Part shown: positions 37,401 to 46,840 of the stretch, one piece after another
Numbering within the stretch: the stretch's first letter is position 1
Layout: every line of letters starts with the position of its first letter
DNA from: Picochlorum sp. SENEW3
Lineage: Eukaryota
Reading direction: 5' to 3'
DNA: 64,000 nt
Assembly (NCBI GenBank): GCA_034226945.1
Contig: CP120455.1
Coordinates: forward strand, 62,001-126,000
Position numbers and translations under genes: made by a program
Notes under the pieces: generated by a model
Database searches by the model: none
Seen by the model: the letters and a program-made list of their open reading frames with translations, nothing else
Told to the model about the DNA's origin: nothing

Positions 37401-38491
37401 CGTACACTGTCCAGTTCCCAGAAAAGCCACATCTCAACAGTGGTACATGTGACAGAAAGGAAATGGAAGAGGTCCTTCGAAAGACTGTTCACAATGAGAT
37501 CACGTACGACATGATTGTCAGTCTTGTGAATCAAGGTAGCGAGGCAAAAGTGAGAGAGGACATTCGCAAGGCATTCACTCAGTCAAGAGTGACTATTGGG
37601 GGGTTTCAAAGAAAAAAGGCGTCAAACAATACGACAAAGGAATGGAGATATCCTTCATATTTCGTCATGTCGAAACAATGGTGTGAGGAACATCAGTCTA
37701 GCTTTGAGATAATGCAGCAAGATGTAGCGATAGAGAAGGCGAACAGCTCCGCATTAGCTGTCGATAGCGTCAAAGAGGGACTTCGATCTGGTGACTTCAA
37801 AATGCTCCATTTTCGTAGCGGCAAAGAGCGAAACAAATTTTTGGATGACTACTTCCCAGATCTCACTCGTTGGTTCTCCACGTCTGCTAGGCTTGTGAGG
37901 GAAACAACCAACTCATATCTTCTCAGTGATGATATGAAAGACTGTCCTGTCAAATGCTTCATCTCTGGGCACGACAAACCAGAAAGGCCTGACGTGATCA
38001 TCAAATCGCGTGCATTTGTCGTCAAGTATCAAGCAAATAGTCAGGAGGTTTTCAAGGAGGCCATAAAGATTTTCTTGAAGGAAAAAGTCTCCGAGGAGGA
38101 GAGCCTGGTGTCATCATCACCATCACCAGTGTTGGAGGTTTTGCGTGACAGCAGGTGGGTAACACGCATATATTCTAAAAATAAGAACAACAACAATAAA
38201 TCAAACGACCCACGAAATCTAAACTGTAAGGCCATGATGAAGTCTCTCTCTCTCGTGCCGGTGGACAGGATAACGTCAAAAACTTTTCATATCAGTGGAA
38301 AGCCATGGTACGACCCATCCCATGAGAATGAGGAGGGTGTACCATTTGTGTTTAGACGTGTTGAGGGCCCTGAGGAAGCATGCAATGATCCTAATGCGAA
38401 GAAGAGTTATAATCTCCAAAACAAGAATCTCAGCAAGGGCGAAGAAGAAGAATTCGAGTGTTATTTTGTTCTGGTGGCACAAAAGATTTGA
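34421..38491 (+). CDS. Large orphan protein (~1,300 aa) with two HNH-endonuclease-like motifs; predicted exons 34421-34778, 34850-34901, 34975-38491
   Basis: The 1160-aa ORF joins the upstream acidic ORF in frame through GT..AG introns 34779-34849 and 34902-34974. RIHQAVG...TLDHMARD...LMAATWEEQCLNK and IHHLVH...VVDHVQNDPTD...LTMSENTAK resemble the HNH_3 pattern VHRLVA..VDH.N....N...L...T..EN. Confidence 0.6.
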
Positions 38492-39128
38492 TATCATTAC
38501 ACGTACATATAGGGCCGTACATATAGTGCATCCTAGTAGCTCCTGCTAAACATTTCAACGTGCGTAACAAATATTCTCATCAAATAATCGAAAATATTCC
38601 TATCCAGTCACCACGTTTAAAAGAGTAAGTTTGTAAAGTTTCAAAGTTTGGCCGACCACGATGCATCGTGACCGAATTTGAGCCTGAAACTCAACCAATC
38701 ATCTCATTTAAACGAGATCCTTTACACGTATCACCCGTTTTTTGGTCTAATTCTGTGTGGATGATGGTGCAACGACCACACATCATACGTGTAACCTCGA
38801 CCCTATGTCCTCCCACAGATGGTAGGCGGATGAAGTATGAAGCAGCATTTAATATCTGTATTGAATAGAGAAAGTTGCCGTAGTGACCAAAAAACATACG
38901 AGTCGGTTTTGAAGTGTCTTGCATTCCGCAGACGTACTCGGTGCTCAGACTGCTCGATAGGGCATCACGTCTGCGTAACCTTTTGGGAACAGTATAGACG
39001 AGACGGATCCGGAATAATAAACCTCCGGAGGTATCTCCGTTAATGTAAAGTATTTACAAAATGTCAATCCCTGTGGTTTCTTAAAAAAGAAGAAATAGAA
39101 AAGTTCCTTAAAAATTCCTTAAAAAAAT

Positions 39129-39200
39129 TTCCATTGCGGGGAATTGAACCCCGGTCTCCTGGGTGAGAGCCAGGTATCCATACCACTGGACCACAACGGA
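39129..39200 (-). tRNA. tRNA-Glu (anticodon CTC)
   Basis: Reverse complement TCCGTTG...CAATGGA; anticodon loop CTCTCAC; T-arm CGGGG-TTCAATT-CCCCG; T7 terminator downstream. Confidence 0.95.
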
Positions 39201-39466
39201 CACCACGACATCTTACCTATGGCCGTGGTCATCATTCCGATGTAGTTCCTCGAATTTCTTCGAGCCAGGTAAGGTCAAGAATGATTTTGCAAGTTCTAAT
39301 TAAGGAACTTTTTTTCTTTCCGAGCCGTGTTTTCTGCACGCCAAGGCTCTGGACAGCGGATCCGACCGCCCCTTGGTGTGCTGAAGAAGCAAGAGAGTGA
39401 GAAAATCTGGGCCGACACAAAGTTGCCCTAATTACAAATCAATCCCTAGCTTCTGGAGACCTCACC

Positions 39467-40012
39467 TCACCGTCTCCTCCGCCCCCCAAACTCCAGCGCC
39501 ACGCCGCCAAAATGCCCTCTCCGGTCACCATAGGTCTGCTCGAAAAACGCGTCGAGTGCCTCTTGCACCTCGTCCACCAATTCGACGTCCAGCGCGTCGT
39601 CCCGGGCAACGCGCAGCAGCAACCCCTTGAGGTTGTCGTGCTCCGTGCACCCCGCCGCATCCACGAGCAGCTTTCTATGGTGGGCCACCGTGTCTGTCGG
39701 CCTCCTCCGCACCAGTTGCAACTTTTCCATCGCCATCCCCGCCAGTTTCACCGGGTCTGAACCCGGTGCCTGCTGCCCCAGCAGCCGTTCCACCGTCTTC
39801 TCCAGGACAGCCCTGGAGGTTGATGCAGTATCATCATCATCATTACTATGTACCAATAAAACCCTGTTCAACCGACCCCGAATATCACGTTCTTGGTCGG
39901 CACCGACTGCAATGCCATGCTTTCTCTGAAAGCCAACCTTTGCGATATCCGTTTTCAGCAGCAGGCACAATTCTTCTTCTTCTTCTTCTTCTTCTTCTTC
40001 TTCTTTATTCAT
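39467..40012 (-). CDS. Hypothetical protein with N-terminal poly-Glu
   Basis: 181-aa ORF with coding-like composition, divergent from TBCC; no family recognised. Confidence 0.45.
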   Translation of the reverse strand: MNKEEEEEEEEEEELCLLLKTDIAKVGFQRKHGIAVGADQERDIRGRLNRVLLVHSNDDDDTASTSRAVLEKTVERLLGQQAPGSDPVKLAGMAMEKLQLVRRRPTDTVAHHRKLLVDAAGCTEHDNLKGLLLRVARDDALDVELVDEVQEALDAFFEQTYGDRRGHFGGVALEFGGRRRR

Positions 40013-40195
40013 TATCCATCTTTTTGTGTTTTTTTTTCAATCAAATCATCCACTGCCGATCGGGAGATCGATCGGGAGTCAACTTGGGGCGGGCGCCTTG
40101 ACGCGATTCGACCATCCACCTCTCTATGGCACGCGTGTTCCCCCCCTATATATAAACAAGAAAGAAATAGAAATAACAATAATAACAATAATGCC

Positions 40196-40969
40196 ATGCA
40201 CGGAGACCAGACGGCGCAGCCTGTCCCCCTCCTCCTCCAGAAGCTCAAGTCGCAAGAAGAGGCCATTGCCAACGCCCTCTCGCAGCTGTCTGACGGCAAC
40301 GATAATGATGGTGTTGCCGCCGTCCAGGGAATGATTGATGGGTATGAGCGCACCATAGCAGAGTACGCGTCTCACGCGCTGCCAGCGTACGACGTGAGGC
40401 AGGCGGTGGAGAGGTGCAAACAGTTTCGTGCCAGGGTGGTTTCCATCAAGGGGTCTGGTGGTGGCAGTGTACGCCGTCGACGCTTTCGTTACGGCCTTGG
40501 CGATAATAATAATAATAATGGTGATAGCAGTAGTAGCAATAAACGAGAAGCAGAACACGAGAACATCGTAGAGGAGGAGGAGGAGGAGATGCAGAGCCAG
40601 GAGAGGAAAGGCCACCACCACATGGTGGTGGTTCGGGGCGTACGGCACTGCACCCTATACCCTTCGACCGCATGCGGCGGGAGAGAATCAGAAAAAGCGG
40701 CAGTCGTGTACATCGACAATGTGCACGACTGCGAGATGTTCCTCCCCGGAGAAGGACGACATTCCCACCACCAGGTGAGGATCCACAATTCCAGCAACTG
40801 CACATTCCACATTGCTGCCCCAGACCGTAGCAGCATCATACTGGAGGGGTGCACGGGGCTCGTCTTCCGTGTTTCCTCGGGGGAGGAAACACGGATTCTT
40901 GTTGAGGACTTTGGGTGGCTCAGGAGGGATGCGCCATCACCCAATTTTACTATTACACATGCTGAATAA
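40196..40969 (+). CDS. Tubulin-folding cofactor C-like protein
   Basis: N-terminal helical part (HALPAYDVRQ); C-CAP/TBCC beta-helix (VYIDNVHDC, HQVRIHNSSNCTF, IILEGC, VEDFGWLR..PSPNF). Confidence 0.85.
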   Translation: MHGDQTAQPVPLLLQKLKSQEEAIANALSQLSDGNDNDGVAAVQGMIDGYERTIAEYASHALPAYDVRQAVERCKQFRARVVSIKGSGGGSVRRRRFRYGLGDNNNNNGDSSSSNKREAEHENIVEEEEEEMQSQERKGHHHMVVVRGVRHCTLYPSTACGGRESEKAAVVYIDNVHDCEMFLPGEGRHSHHQVRIHNSSNCTFHIAAPDRSSIILEGCTGLVFRVSSGEETRILVEDFGWLRRDAPSPNFTITHAE

Positions 40970-41914
40970 TTCCCGAGCAATCTCTGCGCCCACCTGGGCA
41001 TTATTTTTTACAAGCATCATGTTGACGAGCAGTGATTCTCCTTGGGTCAGCTCTGCGACCCGCCGCAGGACGAAGGGCGTCTCGTCTGCGCCCGTGATGG
41101 CCTTCTCCTGTGCCTCCCGCAGCGCTCTCTCGATGGCTTCTTCGAAGCGGTGGCTCGACCGAGTCAGGGGAGGGGGTGGGACACCCACCACCATGCCGGA
41201 TGACGCGCCCAGTGCGTCCAAAGAGCAGACCATGGTGCGAGCCACGTCCGTCGCAGAGTCAAACCGACAGGGAGCCTTCACATGGCTCTTGGCCGTGTAA
41301 AATGCCGGAAACTCGTCCGTCTTGTACGCCGCAACACACACCCCTTGTGTCTCCAAGTACTCCATCGTTTTCGGTATGTCGAGAATCGACTTGGCGCCCG
41401 CACACACCACCGTCACGGGTGTCCTGCCCAACTCTGTCAGGTCTGCGGACACATCCATCGTGTCGAGGAAACTCCTGTGCACTCCTCCGATGCCCCCGGT
41501 GACGAACACCCGAATGCCCACCAGGTGAGCAAGCAGCATGGTGCTCGCCACCGTGGTTGCCCCATCCAGCCCCATGGCCATGGCGTACGCCACGTCCCTC
41601 CGGGACAGCTTCTTCATCCTGGTGGCATCCTGGGCAATGTACCGCAGCTCGTCATCCGTCAAACCCACATGTATCTTGCCCTTTAATATGCAAATAGTCG
41701 CCGGAACGGCACCGGCTCGTCGGATAATATCCTCCACCTCTTTTGCCGTCGAATAGTTCTGAGGCCATGGCATCCCATGGGATACAATGGTCGACTCCAG
41801 TGCCACGACCAGCGCTTTCGAGGGCGCATGCCGCACCTCTGGGCTGTAACAGACATCGTTGTTTCGATCACCTCGCACGTGGTTGCCCACCACCCCGAGC
41901 CTCGTCTTCCACAT
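40937..41914 (-). CDS. Pseudouridine-5'-phosphate glycosidase (PsuG/IndA family)
   Basis: VALESTIVSHGMPWPQN, ATTVA, FVTGGIGGVHR, DVSADLTEL, GAKSILDI, TPFVL. Confidence 0.95.
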   Translation of the reverse strand: MWKTRLGVVGNHVRGDRNNDVCYSPEVRHAPSKALVVALESTIVSHGMPWPQNYSTAKEVEDIIRRAGAVPATICILKGKIHVGLTDDELRYIAQDATRMKKLSRRDVAYAMAMGLDGATTVASTMLLAHLVGIRVFVTGGIGGVHRSFLDTMDVSADLTELGRTPVTVVCAGAKSILDIPKTMEYLETQGVCVAAYKTDEFPAFYTAKSHVKAPCRFDSATDVARTMVCSLDALGASSGMVVGVPPPPLTRSSHRFEEAIERALREAQEKAITGADETPFVLRRVAELTQGESLLVNMMLVKNNAQVGAEIARELFSMCNSKIG

Positions 41915-42168
41915 TTTTTTCGTTGTCCTCTTGCAAGGCCAGTTGGGGATGGGGGAGACGTGAAAAAGGACGACGTGACCGAGTTGTCCACCGCCAAAAG
42001 ATGGTCTACCACCGAGGCCCTCCTTTGATGGGCTTTGAGAGAACAAAGCAATGAGACACGTTACCCCCTCCCCACCCTTCCCCACTTCCCACACAACCGA
42101 CTTCACGATGACGCCGTTCTACATTATTAATTTTAATTATTTTTGTATATAGACAACAACAAAAGAGG

Positions 42169-42966
42169 ATGAGGACAGCTGCCACGAATGCCACAAACGC
42201 TTCAACAGCGTCGACTTCAACGCACGCGACACGAAAGCATAGCAGCACCTCGGGGCTGGTGCGTCTGTATAGCATCATTAGGGACAGAAACAAGGTTGGG
42301 GTGTCGCCGCATGTGCTGGCAGAGCTGAGAGACGCGATGAAGGACGTCACGCTGGAGGAGCTTGGGATTGAGCACTCGAGGCCACGCGGTGGTATGACGT
42401 ATTTGCACATGTATGAGGATGAGCACGTGTCCATGGGAATATTCTGTCTCCCCGCTCAGAGTAGGATACCGCTGCACAACCATCCCGGGATGAGCGTGGT
42501 GTCAAAGGTTCTGTATGGCAAGCTCCACGTGCTGTCTTTTGACTGGGCCCAGTCTCCAGTCGCCGAGAGGCTGGCCACCTCCGTGTGCGATGCCGTCGTG
42601 GGAGATGTGGACGATCCTGCTGTGCTGTTGCCGGAGAGTGGAGGCAATATTCATCAGTTCACGGCGCTCACCGACTGTGCTGTTCTGGACCTGCTGTCCC
42701 CCCCCTACAGCACCCAGCACGGGAGGGACTGTACATACTACAAGATTGAAAAGGTCCTCCCCGATGGCCACGCCATCTTGGCAGAGTATGAACCTCCATC
42801 TAGTTTTTGCATTCAGTCAGAACCGTACACCGGGCTCCAGTTCGAGGATGATGAGCTGCTGCACGGCAACAGTGATACCAATAACAATAACAAGGAAGTC
42901 AGTGGGGATTCGACCCACACAGTCACGTGCTGCGGCGATGACGACGAGGATATCCAATTTTCTTAA
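42169..42966 (+). CDS. Plant cysteine oxidase / ADO-family thiol dioxygenase
   Basis: IPLHNHPGM.V.SKVLYG, GGNIHQF, VLDLLSPPYS...RDCTYY. Confidence 0.92.
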   Translation: MRTAATNATNASTASTSTHATRKHSSTSGLVRLYSIIRDRNKVGVSPHVLAELRDAMKDVTLEELGIEHSRPRGGMTYLHMYEDEHVSMGIFCLPAQSRIPLHNHPGMSVVSKVLYGKLHVLSFDWAQSPVAERLATSVCDAVVGDVDDPAVLLPESGGNIHQFTALTDCAVLDLLSPPYSTQHGRDCTYYKIEKVLPDGHAILAEYEPPSSFCIQSEPYTGLQFEDDELLHGNSDTNNNNKEVSGDSTHTVTCCGDDDEDIQFS

Positions 42967-43107
42967 TGTTGTACAGTAGTTCCGAATGATATAATATTTC
43001 AGCATAATAATACAAGTAAAAATATCTAGCACAAAGAACCTGGCGCATAGTTGTGGACACTCACATCGGTGGTCGGTCGGTTGGGATCCAGTTGCGCCAC
43101 CAAAACC

Positions 43108-45207
43108 ATGTCCACCGCGACGGAGACGCTCGGACAGACACTTATTCCTTTGATTAATAAATTACAAGATGTGTTTATGCACGTGAAATTGGATGCGACG
43201 CTGGACTTGCCCCAGGTCGCGGTGGTTGGGACGCAGAGCAGCGGCAAGTCGAGCGTGTTGGAAGCCTTGGTTGGGAAGGATTTTTTGCCTCGGGGGAATA
43301 CGATTGTGACGCGAAGGCCGTTGATTCTTCAGTTGATCAGGCACACGCACGACGAGTGGGGAGAGTTTTTGCACGTCCGAGGGAAAAAATTTTATGATTT
43401 TGGACGCATTCGGCACGAGATACAGGCAGAGACGGAGCGGAGCGTGCCGACGGACAAGGGGATCTCCAGCGAGCCCATCCGCCTGAGGGTTTTCTCTCCT
43501 CATGTGCTGACCATGACGCTGGTGGATTTGCCCGGGATGACGCGGGTTCCGGTGGGGGATCAGCCCGTTGATATTGAGAAACAGGTGAGGCGGTTGATTC
43601 TCAAGTACATCAGTGCTCCGTCGTGCATCATTTTGGCCGTGTCGCCGGCGAATCAGGACTTGTCATCCTCGGATGCATTGGAGCTCGCGAAAAAGGTGGA
43701 TCCGGATGGGGTGCGGACGATTGGCGTGCTGACAAAGTTGGACATCATGGACAGGGGGACGGATGCGGTGAGCATGCTCAAGAATGACATCGTGCCGCTC
43801 AAACTTGGGTACGTCGGTGTTGTGCTCAGGAGTCAGCAGGACATCATAAATAGTACTAGTATGGACCATGCCCGGGAGGCGGAGCGGATGTATTTCAGGA
43901 ATCACCGGGAGTATGACGCCGTGTCGACACACTGCACGGTTGGTGTGCTGGCACACAGGCTGAACGGTGTGCTCGTGCATGCCATCAGGGAGAGGCTTCC
44001 CTCGTTGAGACAAGCTGTTGAGAGTGCGTTAGAAAAGAAGAAGAAAGAGAGCAGGGTGTACGGAGACGCGCCCCCAGGGTCTACCGGGGCTGCGCGCGGA
44101 GCCATGCTCCTGTCCATTCTGGACTCGTACACAAACAGGTTGACCGCGGCGTTGGAGGGCCGAGGGGAGCATGTGCCCCTGGCCGAGCTGGCAGGCGGAG
44201 CGCGAATACGGCACATATTCTTGAATGTGTTCAATCCCATCCTGGATGCCATGGATCCCGCCAGCGAGTTGACCGATGATGAAATCCGAACAGCAATAAC
44301 AAACTCGGGAGGCATCACGGGATCCCTGATGATTCCAGAGGCTCCATTCGAGCTTCTCGTGAGACGAGCGATACAAAAGCTGTTGCACCCCGCATTGCAG
44401 TGCCGCGAGTATGTCCACGACGAACTGTTGAGAATTGCTGCGGAGTGCGCACCCTCCGAGGTGGCTAGGTTCCCCAAACTACAGGCATGCATGATGGAGT
44501 CGGTCGAGGATTTCATCGCGCTCGGCGCGTCTCCGGCAGAAAAGATGATTCGGAATCTCATTCAGTGCGAATTGTCCTATATAAACACGTCGAACCCCCG
44601 CTTCATCGGTGGGAACGAGGCCATTGCACACATGAATGCCGCCAAAAAGCCCAGCTCCCCCAGGAAGCAAAAGAAGCCACTGCCTCAGAAAGAAGCGCTC
44701 TTTGCCCCCTCAAACGCGGAGGAGGAGGCCGAGGAGGGAAAACAAGGATGGTTTCAGGGTTGGTTTTCGAACAACGAGGGTGGTGAAAAGAATGTCTCCC
44801 TCCAACGACCGCCAGACGTACTGACAGTGTCAGATGAGGTGACAGAACACGAAGTCGTTCAAGTACAAGTGTCGAGGCTCCTCATCAACTCGTACTTTGA
44901 CATTGTCAGGAAAAACATACAGGACATGGTCCCCAAGATTCTCATGAATTTCTTGGTCAACCACGTCCAGCGGGGGCTGCAAAAGCATCTCACCCACGTC
45001 TTGTACCGGGAGGACCTGCTGGAAGCAATCATGAAAGAGAGGGAAGACATAGCCGAGCGCAGGCAGAGCTGTCAAGAAACCATCAAAAGCCTGCGAAAAG
45101 CCATGCGGCTCCTCGACTCGATGCCCTCAGATCTCAGCAGTCTGTCCTCAAAGGCAAGCAAGACGCCCACCACAATGTGTGCAGACCAAAACGTGCACGC
45201 CAACTAG
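43108..45207 (+). CDS. Dynamin-related GTPase (DRP3/DNM1-like organelle fission dynamin)
   Basis: GTQSSGKS, TRRP, DLPG, TKLD; middle domain GGARI; GED (SYFDIVRKNIQD.VPK..M.FLVN). Confidence 0.95.
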   Translation: MSTATETLGQTLIPLINKLQDVFMHVKLDATLDLPQVAVVGTQSSGKSSVLEALVGKDFLPRGNTIVTRRPLILQLIRHTHDEWGEFLHVRGKKFYDFGRIRHEIQAETERSVPTDKGISSEPIRLRVFSPHVLTMTLVDLPGMTRVPVGDQPVDIEKQVRRLILKYISAPSCIILAVSPANQDLSSSDALELAKKVDPDGVRTIGVLTKLDIMDRGTDAVSMLKNDIVPLKLGYVGVVLRSQQDIINSTSMDHAREAERMYFRNHREYDAVSTHCTVGVLAHRLNGVLVHAIRERLPSLRQAVESALEKKKKESRVYGDAPPGSTGAARGAMLLSILDSYTNRLTAALEGRGEHVPLAELAGGARIRHIFLNVFNPILDAMDPASELTDDEIRTAITNSGGITGSLMIPEAPFELLVRRAIQKLLHPALQCREYVHDELLRIAAECAPSEVARFPKLQACMMESVEDFIALGASPAEKMIRNLIQCELSYINTSNPRFIGGNEAIAHMNAAKKPSSPRKQKKPLPQKEALFAPSNAEEEAEEGKQGWFQGWFSNNEGGEKNVSLQRPPDVLTVSDEVTEHEVVQVQVSRLLINSYFDIVRKNIQDMVPKILMNFLVNHVQRGLQKHLTHVLYREDLLEAIMKEREDIAERRQSCQETIKSLRKAMRLLDSMPSDLSSLSSKASKTPTTMCADQNVHAN

Positions 45208-45224
45208 CTCTGTATTACATTACA

Positions 45225-45554
45225 TTACATCTGTTTCATATGTTTCACTTGATCAACCAAAGCTTTAAAACTGTATGGCTCGTTCATCGCCAACTCTGAC
45301 AGCATTTTCCGATTCACCTGAATATTGCTCTGCTCCAGCCCGTGGACGAGGTCCGAGTATTTCAACCCGTACTGCCGCGTCCCTGCATTTATTCTAGTGA
45401 TCCACAGGGATCTCATATCCCTCTTCTTATTCTTTCTATCCCTATATGCATACTGCAGACTCTTTTCTACTCGCTCTCGCGCTATGCGGACGCAATTCTT
45501 TGCTCGACCGCGAAATCCCTTTGCGAGCCGTAGAATCTTAGCCTTGCTCGTCAT
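45225..45554 (-). CDS. Organellar (probably mitochondrial) ribosomal protein bL20
   Basis: [12 protein letters not shown]...LQYAYRDR...[14 protein letters not shown]...NRKMLSELA. Confidence 0.95.
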   Translation of the reverse strand: MTSKAKILRLAKGFRGRAKNCVRIARERVEKSLQYAYRDRKNKKRDMRSLWITRINAGTRQYGLKYSDLVHGLEQSNIQVNRKMLSELAMNEPYSFKALVDQVKHMKQM

Positions 45555-45568
45555 GACTATTAAATAAA

Positions 45569-46528
45569 TTATTTTGAATCTAATACGCACATTCGCTTCA
45601 AAAATTCATAGGTTGTCACCATGCTAGTGCCCCAGATCGAGGCTGATGTCATTCGAGGCACGACGCCTCTGAAAAAGCCACCAATGCCCTCCCGCTGGAC
45701 AATCCCCACAGCAGTGGGTATCCACCCGCGCTTCTTCCCAGAAGAATCCGTCTGAATACGTGTCTTGACAACGTCGAGTGGGTTCGTTATACTCGCGGTC
45801 GTGCATCCAGTCATCACTCCCGAGAGGATTTGAACGCTCAGAATGTGGCTCTCTGGCCTCTCCACAGGCCCTTTGTGGTGTGGCACGCCCTTCAGTTTGT
45901 CCCACTGGGACCACAGTATCGACTGGTACATGCCATACGAGGACCACCAGATGGCAGAAGACGGGACAAACATCATGATGGATGCCCCCACCCCCCTGTA
46001 CAGTCCCGAAATGCCATCGCTCCTGACAATCTGCTTGGCCATCTGGAGCCCGCTCATCCTGGACTCTTTCGCAATCATCTGCCTTTGGGAGACAACATCA
46101 ACTGGAACCGCTATGAGCTGCCCTGACAGGCTTGCAAGCGCTCCGGCAACAAAATTCGAGGTGCTTGCAACAAAGGGCTCGGAGAGGGACTCGTCGTACG
46201 ACGTCATTGCACTCCCAACTGCCTTCTTGCTCGCCTCCAAAATACCTAGATACATCATTCGCCCTGGTATCAGACCACCAACAACCGTCCCAAAACCTTT
46301 ATACAGACCGCGGTATCCATCCGCCCGCACAATATCGCGTGCTGTCACGTAGACTCCTCGAAACCCTTTGTGGTGCCTGACATCGTCCAGGGCCATCATT
46401 CTCGTCTTGATGACCGTCAGAGGGAACAGACATCCTGTCAGACCTGTGAATATGAATATTCCATTGACAAAGAACTTTCTCTTGTCCAACCTATCCCAAG
46501 TCACCTCTTGCAGCTTTTGTTGGGTCAT
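45569..46528 (-). CDS. Mitochondrial carrier family protein (SLC25A44-like)
   Basis: Three carrier repeats ([30 protein letters not shown]); N-terminal W.RLDK.KF. Confidence 0.93.
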   Translation of the reverse strand: MTQQKLQEVTWDRLDKRKFFVNGIFIFTGLTGCLFPLTVIKTRMMALDDVRHHKGFRGVYVTARDIVRADGYRGLYKGFGTVVGGLIPGRMMYLGILEASKKAVGSAMTSYDESLSEPFVASTSNFVAGALASLSGQLIAVPVDVVSQRQMIAKESRMSGLQMAKQIVRSDGISGLYRGVGASIMMFVPSSAIWWSSYGMYQSILWSQWDKLKGVPHHKGPVERPESHILSVQILSGVMTGCTTASITNPLDVVKTRIQTDSSGKKRGWIPTAVGIVQREGIGGFFRGVVPRMTSASIWGTSMVTTYEFLKRMCVLDSK

Positions 46529-46840
46529 TGTGCACTCTTCTGCCTCTGCTTCTGCTTCTCCTCCTCACACGAGGACACCTTCAATGATCCGGTGGCAGAC
46601 ATCATCGAAAATACTTTGAACCATATTAATTAATGAAATTTGAATCGCAGAGAAGGCGACGGCTGCCTTTTCCAACAAGTGCTGCTGGTATGGAATGGGC
46701 CTGGCATGTCCGTATTTAGAGTATTTGCGGAATGGACTCCGCAGCAAGTACGCCTCTCGCAATGCATCGACGCATTTGAAATTAGCATCGATTGCATTGC
46801 AATTGATGGGTTGGTTGGACGGAGAATCCAGAGTTTCAGT

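Noticed and set aside
33990..39210. tRNA pair considered as true terminal inverted repeats of a young DNA transposon
   Set aside because: The copies differ by compensatory substitutions and anticodon, no target-site duplication is visible, and no DDE transposase is recognisable.
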